A stretch of DNA of 64,000 nucleotides from a virus: IMG/VR virus record IMGVR_UViG_3300042894_003945, positions 1 to 64,000 of that record; one strand, 5' to 3'. Position 1 is the first letter of the stretch; each line of letters begins with the position of its first letter. Below, one piece after another: positions 58,780 through 64,000 of the stretch. The translations under genes were made by a program, and so were the position numbers. The notes beneath the pieces were generated by a model. That model worked only from the letters and a program-made list of their open reading frames with translations, did no database searches and was not told the DNA's origin.

Positions 58780-60867
58780 TTAATTCGTTTCTAATGCTAA
58801 ATTTATCGGCGTTATTTGAGCTGTAACTGATTTATAAAATGTCCTACCTTCTATAGTTCCTGTTGCTTGCCTAATTACAAAATCATTACCAGCAAAAAAA
58901 TCTCCCGTTTCGTCTCCTGATGTATGAAATACACGTCCACGATTTTCTTCTACTACTCTTAAAGCTACATTTGTTTCTCCAACGCCTCCTTGATTTATAG
59001 GTAGCGCTAAAAAATTCACTCCAGCACCAGCATATGAAAAGTCATGAGATGTTGAAGTAATAAGTGAGCCAAACTCAACTAGTAAGTCAGCCCCCGCTTG
59101 ATTTACAACCACTCTTTGTACTACGTCTATTACCACATCTAGCATCTGTCCCACTTTTTGTTTACCTGCTAATGTTACACCACTAAATATAGTGTCTGGA
59201 TCATTAACAATATACTCTTTAATATATTGATATGATTTAATAAAATCTCCTGCTAGTGACCCACTACTATTAGATATTAAAGGAAATACGGTTATAGCTC
59301 CTTCAATAAAGTTTGATCCAGTTACTATAGGTAAAGTATATAAACTGCCTGATGATACGTCTTGTCCTTTAAATAATCCTGATGCAAATTGAGAGGTTCT
59401 GGCACAAGTGGGTACTAACAAGTCATCAGAAATTGCATCTATTAGTAACCCACTATCTTTAATTGTTGACGCATAATTTGCACCACTTCCACTTATATAT
59501 GTTGTGTTATAACTACCTGATAAAGCTAATTTGTTTATCATATAGTTTTGTATACTTGTCTTTTGTGATCTTATTATTAATGATCCACTTACATCTATAG
59601 AAGAGCTAATTGCAGATATATTAGGTTTTACTAACATTCTCACCCCTTTTGATCTTAAACCATAATCACCAAACGTAGTATTAGAGTTTAATAAAGACGC
59701 CTGACCTCCTTCAATACAATACACTCCCACTCTACTAAAGTTAGTAAAGAAAGATACTAATTGAGCGTATCCCCTGCCTCTTACACAAATACCTATTCCA
59801 TTAAATGCTACCTGAGTATATGCATCTACAATCATTGATTTAAGGGGGGAGTATCCGTCTAATACAGAATCGTCTACAATCATACCACCAGGACCGTTGC
59901 CAACTAATGGGTTTGGAGGATTAGATCCTGAATCTAAAGGCGCATAAAATTTATCTGCCGGTGTGTAAATTGCAGAACAATTTTGAATATATGGAGAAGT
60001 TATAATACTTGCACTTGGAGCAAAAGCAAAAAAGAAACCATTTCTTGGATCCTCTAAATTATCAATAGTTGAACCCTCTAATCTTAATCCATAACAATAT
60101 GTACCATTGTTCATTAAAAATAAATTAGACCCACTTGTTGCTGAAGTTGGTCTAACAACAACGCTTCTTAAATCATCTCCTATAATAGATGTGCTTGAGG
60201 GAACAATAATAGGGGCTTCTTCTACATAATACCCAGTTTTTACATGAATACTTTGTCTATAAAGTGGGAATCCGGAATTAGCAGCTAATGAAGCCGATGC
60301 TGCGGTAATTGCAGCTTTGATAGTTCTAAATGGAGTAGACAGAGTTTTACCGTCATTTGTATCTAAGCCATCTTCTGCTACGTAATATACTTTTTCAATA
60401 ACACCAACATTTGCTAGCTTGCTACCATCCCCAGTAAATCCAGCTGATGCTGTTATAGAAGTAGCTATTAGGCTTTCTCTAACAACAAAGGTATCAGCAG
60501 AAGATGCTGTTTCAGCTAAGGTTGCATTTTGTGCCTGTACTACATTGTTAATATTGTAGTTTTCTGTATCTCCGTCCCCTTTAATTAATTGAATAGTGTC
60601 TGGAAATACCTGTATAGCTGTTACAAATGCGTTAGGGGTGTTAGATGCGGTTAGTGCATTTATTGCCCAACTAGCAGTTCCAAACAATGATCCTGTTATA
60701 TCAGTGCTGTACCCTATTTCTACTACCTGATCTCCGGAACTAGATGTAGTTCTCATGAATAACTTACCATCGTAAGTATTCATTGCGATTTCACCAAAGT
60801 CTAGTTGTGCTACAGTAGGTTTCGCACCAGGAATAGCACTCCTGCGAAGTTTTAATTTTTGGGCCAT
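58780..60867 (-). CDS. Tail fibre/tailspike with T4 gp37-like N-terminus and pectin-lyase-like beta-helix
   Basis: KLRRS...GAKP....L.FGEIAMN..DGKLF; YYVA.DG.D.NDG.....PFRTIKAA; I.GD.LR.V.VRP; SPYIQNC. Confidence 0.78.
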   Translation of the reverse strand: MAQKLKLRRSAIPGAKPTVAQLDFGEIAMNTYDGKLFMRTTSSSGDQVVEIGYSTDITGSLFGTASWAINALTASNTPNAFVTAIQVFPDTIQLIKGDGDTENYNINNVVQAQNATLAETASSADTFVVRESLIATSITASAGFTGDGSKLANVGVIEKVYYVAEDGLDTNDGKTLSTPFRTIKAAITAASASLAANSGFPLYRQSIHVKTGYYVEEAPIIVPSSTSIIGDDLRSVVVRPTSATSGSNLFLMNNGTYCYGLRLEGSTIDNLEDPRNGFFFAFAPSASIITSPYIQNCSAIYTPADKFYAPLDSGSNPPNPLVGNGPGGMIVDDSVLDGYSPLKSMIVDAYTQVAFNGIGICVRGRGYAQLVSFFTNFSRVGVYCIEGGQASLLNSNTTFGDYGLRSKGVRMLVKPNISAISSSIDVSGSLIIRSQKTSIQNYMINKLALSGSYNTTYISGSGANYASTIKDSGLLIDAISDDLLVPTCARTSQFASGLFKGQDVSSGSLYTLPIVTGSNFIEGAITVFPLISNSSGSLAGDFIKSYQYIKEYIVNDPDTIFSGVTLAGKQKVGQMLDVVIDVVQRVVVNQAGADLLVEFGSLITSTSHDFSYAGAGVNFLALPINQGGVGETNVALRVVEENRGRVFHTSGDETGDFFAGNDFVIRQATGTIEGRTFYKSVTAQITPINLALETN

Positions 60868-60924
60868 ATGTATGGAACGGTTCTAGTATATACTAAACAG
60901 CTTTCGCTGACCTATATAGGCGTA

Positions 60925-60932
60925 TATAAATA
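60925..60932 (-). promoter_or_regulatory. Putative late promoter TATTTATA heading the fibre operon
   Basis: Motif about 58 nt upstream of the start, followed by a hairpin-rich leader. Confidence 0.55.
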
Positions 60933-60952
60933 TCAAAGGTTCCTTACATATT

Positions 60953-63034
60953 TTACAGAAAATCAGATATTTTATCTATAACTTTTGAGGATGTTATAGT
61001 CTTAGTACACTCAAAATGTCTAGGAGTGTCTTTGTGTCTGGGACACCAGTTCCAATCTCCAGCATCTAATTGATCTGTATTGAAACACCCTTGACAGATG
61101 TTTGGTTCTGGGGATATTCTTATGCAATCTTCAAACTCTGTTTTAGGGTCTGTAAATCCAGAAATTAAACAAGTTTTAGTTCCCACAGCCCAAGATAGCC
61201 AGCTCAAACCGCTACTTATTCCTATAAACATGGCAGATCTTTGTAGTGTGTGTATAACAGTTTCAATATTGTTATCTAAAAGATACTCTATTCCTTTTGG
61301 ATGTTTATTTCCCATATACCCATCCTCCTCTTTGGATAGTAAACAAACTCTATATCCTTTAGATTTCAAATAATCTACCAATTCTTGCCAGCCATTAGGG
61401 TTATTCCAGTATTTTGTTTGTGCTGTCCCGTGTATAGCTATGCTGACTATCTTTTCTTTTTCAACATTTTTATTAAGTTTTATAGAAGGTTTTGCCTCTT
61501 TAAACTCTAAACCCAGTATATCAGAAGCAGTTTTTTGTAGAGATTGGTTTTTAAAATCAAAAGGATTCTTATCAAAGTCAACCTTCCCTTCACTTTTATA
61601 GAACCAGCCAATTGTGTACATAGCATACAAGTCGTGTACGGTATCTCCAGGTTTTACAAATTCTATTTCTGGATAATCTTCTTTAAAAAAGTGGTTCCAA
61701 AAAGTAGAACAGATAACTTTACAGTTATGCTTTTTTCTAAATTCTTCTACGTACTCAAACCAAGATAGAGTATCCCCTAAAGCCTTGGAATCCAGTGCTA
61801 TATAAACTCTTCTGTCTGTTAAATCCATTTTATATTCGTAAGAATTTACCCCATCATCTACAAAGATGTTCCAATCATTATAGTACTTGCTGGAAGTTCT
61901 TATCCAGTGGTTCTTTCTTATTGTGTCTTTATGTACAGTTTGTCCAGTTTTTTGATCTATAAACTGGACAGTATATTCTCTGTCAGGCCCTCCTACTATT
62001 TCAAAAAACGCACCGTCTATAAAATTTATATTGAATTTTGGCGCATTTTCTTTAGAAGGTATAGACAATTTTTCAGTAGAATTGTACCCTGATATTAATT
62101 GATCTTTTAAACTCATATCATATTTCTTTAATAAATCTTTTACTCTATTGGTCCAAGACAAATCAACTGCTTGTAGTCTGGCTTTCTTGGAATAAGAACT
62201 GTACGCTATGGGGTCTAAAACCTTACTAAGAGCTTCTATACCCTCCTCCAAACTCCTGTTAACCTTTATCATTCCAGACAAGTCTGCGTTATCTTCGTAG
62301 GTTCCCACTATAGGCAGTCCTGAAGCTAGGGCCTCTAGCAAAGTTAAATTAGGATGCCCCGCTTCTAGTTTTGAAAAATGTAAGAATACACTATGGGAAT
62401 TGTATAAATCCCTTAACTCTTCTTCGGACAAATTATAAAGTATAGTTGAATTTTTATACTCTATTGGAAATTTTTTAAAGTATACTTGATTATTTTGCGG
62501 TCCTGCTATCGTTATAGGAAGATCAAAATACTTAGCTAATTCTATAGCATACCCAAAGCCTTTCCTGTCCTCAGATTGATCGTGTATAAATCCATTATTA
62601 GCAACGCACAGAAGTTTATGCGTTTTCCAATCTCTTTTAGGAGTAAAATACTCCGTATTAACCCCATGAGAGAAATATTCCGGTATGTTTCCAAAATAAT
62701 CAACCAAGTATTTTGCGGGGACGAATGCTTTTTTAGCGTTTTTTATCGCAAGCATGTTTTCTTTGAATGCCTGAGAGTCCTTACCATACAGATATGCGTG
62801 GTGGTCATGCATAGTAAAGTAATAAGGAATGCCTCTTTCGTGAGCCATTATAGCCAAATTAGCAACGTGTATATGCACTACGTCATAATCACTTACTTCA
62901 TCTAGGTATTGTATCTTAGAATCATGTCCTAACTCAAGTAAAGCGTTGTGAGTTTCCCATATTATCTTTTCTACGGCTCCCCAACCATTAGGAGGTATAG
63001 GAATAAGCCCAGGAGTGACATTTATTATTTTCAT
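60953..63034 (-). CDS. Fusion of a GT4 glycosyltransferase and an AAH/TibC-like autotransporter O-heptosyltransferase
   Basis: N-terminal IPP.GWGAVE..EAGHPNLTLLEALASGLP; C-terminal LGDTLSWF.YVEEF.KKH.C, Q.KYWNNP.GW, FIGISSGLSWL.WA, CQGC.N..WCP.H..FECT. Confidence 0.87.
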   Translation of the reverse strand: MKIINVTPGLIPIPPNGWGAVEKIIWETHNALLELGHDSKIQYLDEVSDYDVVHIHVANLAIMAHERGIPYYFTMHDHHAYLYGKDSQAFKENMLAIKNAKKAFVPAKYLVDYFGNIPEYFSHGVNTEYFTPKRDWKTHKLLCVANNGFIHDQSEDRKGFGYAIELAKYFDLPITIAGPQNNQVYFKKFPIEYKNSTILYNLSEEELRDLYNSHSVFLHFSKLEAGHPNLTLLEALASGLPIVGTYEDNADLSGMIKVNRSLEEGIEALSKVLDPIAYSSYSKKARLQAVDLSWTNRVKDLLKKYDMSLKDQLISGYNSTEKLSIPSKENAPKFNINFIDGAFFEIVGGPDREYTVQFIDQKTGQTVHKDTIRKNHWIRTSSKYYNDWNIFVDDGVNSYEYKMDLTDRRVYIALDSKALGDTLSWFEYVEEFRKKHNCKVICSTFWNHFFKEDYPEIEFVKPGDTVHDLYAMYTIGWFYKSEGKVDFDKNPFDFKNQSLQKTASDILGLEFKEAKPSIKLNKNVEKEKIVSIAIHGTAQTKYWNNPNGWQELVDYLKSKGYRVCLLSKEEDGYMGNKHPKGIEYLLDNNIETVIHTLQRSAMFIGISSGLSWLSWAVGTKTCLISGFTDPKTEFEDCIRISPEPNICQGCFNTDQLDAGDWNWCPRHKDTPRHFECTKTITSSKVIDKISDFL

Positions 63035-63960
63035 GGTCTTTTAGCGTATATGAACCCAGAATTACTATTTTCATCAGAGTCTCTATACTCTGCAATGTAT
63101 CCTTCCTTTTCTAATTTATGGAACAGAGGTTTAGGATCTCCATGAAACTCTAGAAAAATTTGATTTATTTTTTTATAATAGTAGCTAGACAACGCATTTA
63201 AAACTTCATACTCTGCACCTTCTATATCTAACTTTAAAAGATTTATGTTATTTTCTAACATGAAAAAAGTAGACAATGAAAAAGACTCTATGAATATGGT
63301 ATGGGTCTCTGTCTGTTTATTATACTTATTTATTGTGCTAGAGACTGAACTCCCCAGTGAAAGATCAAAAAGGACAATATCTGTTCTATCGGATAAGGCT
63401 TTATTTAGACATATAACATTTGGATCATCTATAAAATTTTTTTCTAAACAATCAAAAGCTGACGGGTCTGGTTCTACACTGTATATTCTTTTTGCGCCTT
63501 TAGTTTTTGCAAAAGCGGTAAAAAATCCAACATTAGCTCCTGCATCTAAAATAACTCCTGAGAAATCTATTCCTCTACAAAGATCGGAATAAAAAAAATC
63601 TACATATGACGGACCCACCATATCATTATTAGGTGTTATAAATGGAAGTTTTATAGGGGCCGATGTTTTATTTAAATAAAAACTTGTAGACTGCAATAAT
63701 CTTTTATTGGACCCATATACTTTAAAATTGAACCCAGGATACGCTGGATTATTTAAAATTACCTTCATTAACTTTTCTTCTAAAGGAACTAACCAACCTG
63801 AAAAATCTGAGTTAATTTCTATATCTTCCCATAAAAAATAAACACAACCAACATGAACATCAGAAACTGTTATACTTGCCTTAAAAGTATTTTTTGTTTT
63901 TGATTTAAAAGTAAACTGAGCTGTCTTTTTATCAAAAGATATGTCTAATATACTATCCAT
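63031..63960 (-). CDS. FkbM-family methyltransferase with N-terminal extension
   Basis: LDAGANVGFF, VEP, LKLDIEGAE, LEFH. Confidence 0.9.
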   Translation of the reverse strand: MDSILDISFDKKTAQFTFKSKTKNTFKASITVSDVHVGCVYFLWEDIEINSDFSGWLVPLEEKLMKVILNNPAYPGFNFKVYGSNKRLLQSTSFYLNKTSAPIKLPFITPNNDMVGPSYVDFFYSDLCRGIDFSGVILDAGANVGFFTAFAKTKGAKRIYSVEPDPSAFDCLEKNFIDDPNVICLNKALSDRTDIVLFDLSLGSSVSSTINKYNKQTETHTIFIESFSLSTFFMLENNINLLKLDIEGAEYEVLNALSSYYYKKINQIFLEFHGDPKPLFHKLEKEGYIAEYRDSDENSNSGFIYAKRP

Positions 63961-64000
63961 TTTGCTGAATTTTTAGTAAATAATCTACTGCTTCCTCCAT
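63953..64000 (-). CDS. Possible C-terminal fragment of an upstream gene truncated by the window edge
   Basis: Open frame ...MEEAVDYLLKIQQNG* overlapping the next start. Confidence 0.3.
   Translation of the reverse strand: MEEAVDYLLKIQQNG

Noticed and set aside
1-64000. Stop-codon reassignment, as in some Bacteroidota phages
   Set aside because: Genes are full length and tile densely under the standard code, and TAG, TGA and TAA all terminate genes at sensible positions.
1-64000. tRNA or rRNA genes
   Set aside because: Intergenic gaps are short and AT-rich, and no cloverleaf or T-loop signature was seen by eye.

Overview
A 64-kb segment of a large lytic-type myovirus (T4-like tail architecture). 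It is AT-rich, densely coding and uses the standard genetic code, with every credible gene on the minus strand. Three complete TTTG-N19/20-TAnnTTTG promoters and the general lack of Shine-Dalgarno motifs point to a Bacteroidota host. In transcription order (right to left) the modules are: (1) an FkbM methyltransferase and a GT4 fused to an AAH/TibC-like protein O-heptosyltransferase; (2) a fibre/adhesin region with a gp37-like fibre, a 2786-aa and a 1050-aa Gly-X-Y (Ser/Thr-rich, almost Pro-free) fibre, and six tandem LamG-like lectin paralogues; (3) a contractile tail module (sheath, tube, chaperone pair with a probable +1/-2 frameshift, tape measure, baseplate); (4) a replication module with a degenerate second family-A polymerase, SSB, RecA/UvsX, 5'-3' exonuclease, helicase, class II RNR, dUTPase, PolA, GroES/GroEL and a Cas4-like nuclease; (5) an operon with 7 glycosyltransferases and 4 methyltransferases ending in a secreted non-specific nuclease. 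The best candidate for a novel system is a phage-encoded virion protein O-glycosylation/methylation pathway acting on giant Gly-Ser/Thr repeat fibres. Next are a PolA paralogue with an altered steric gate, a putative late promoter TATTTATW, and structured leaders on the fibre genes. All calls come from motif recognition by eye; no searches were run.
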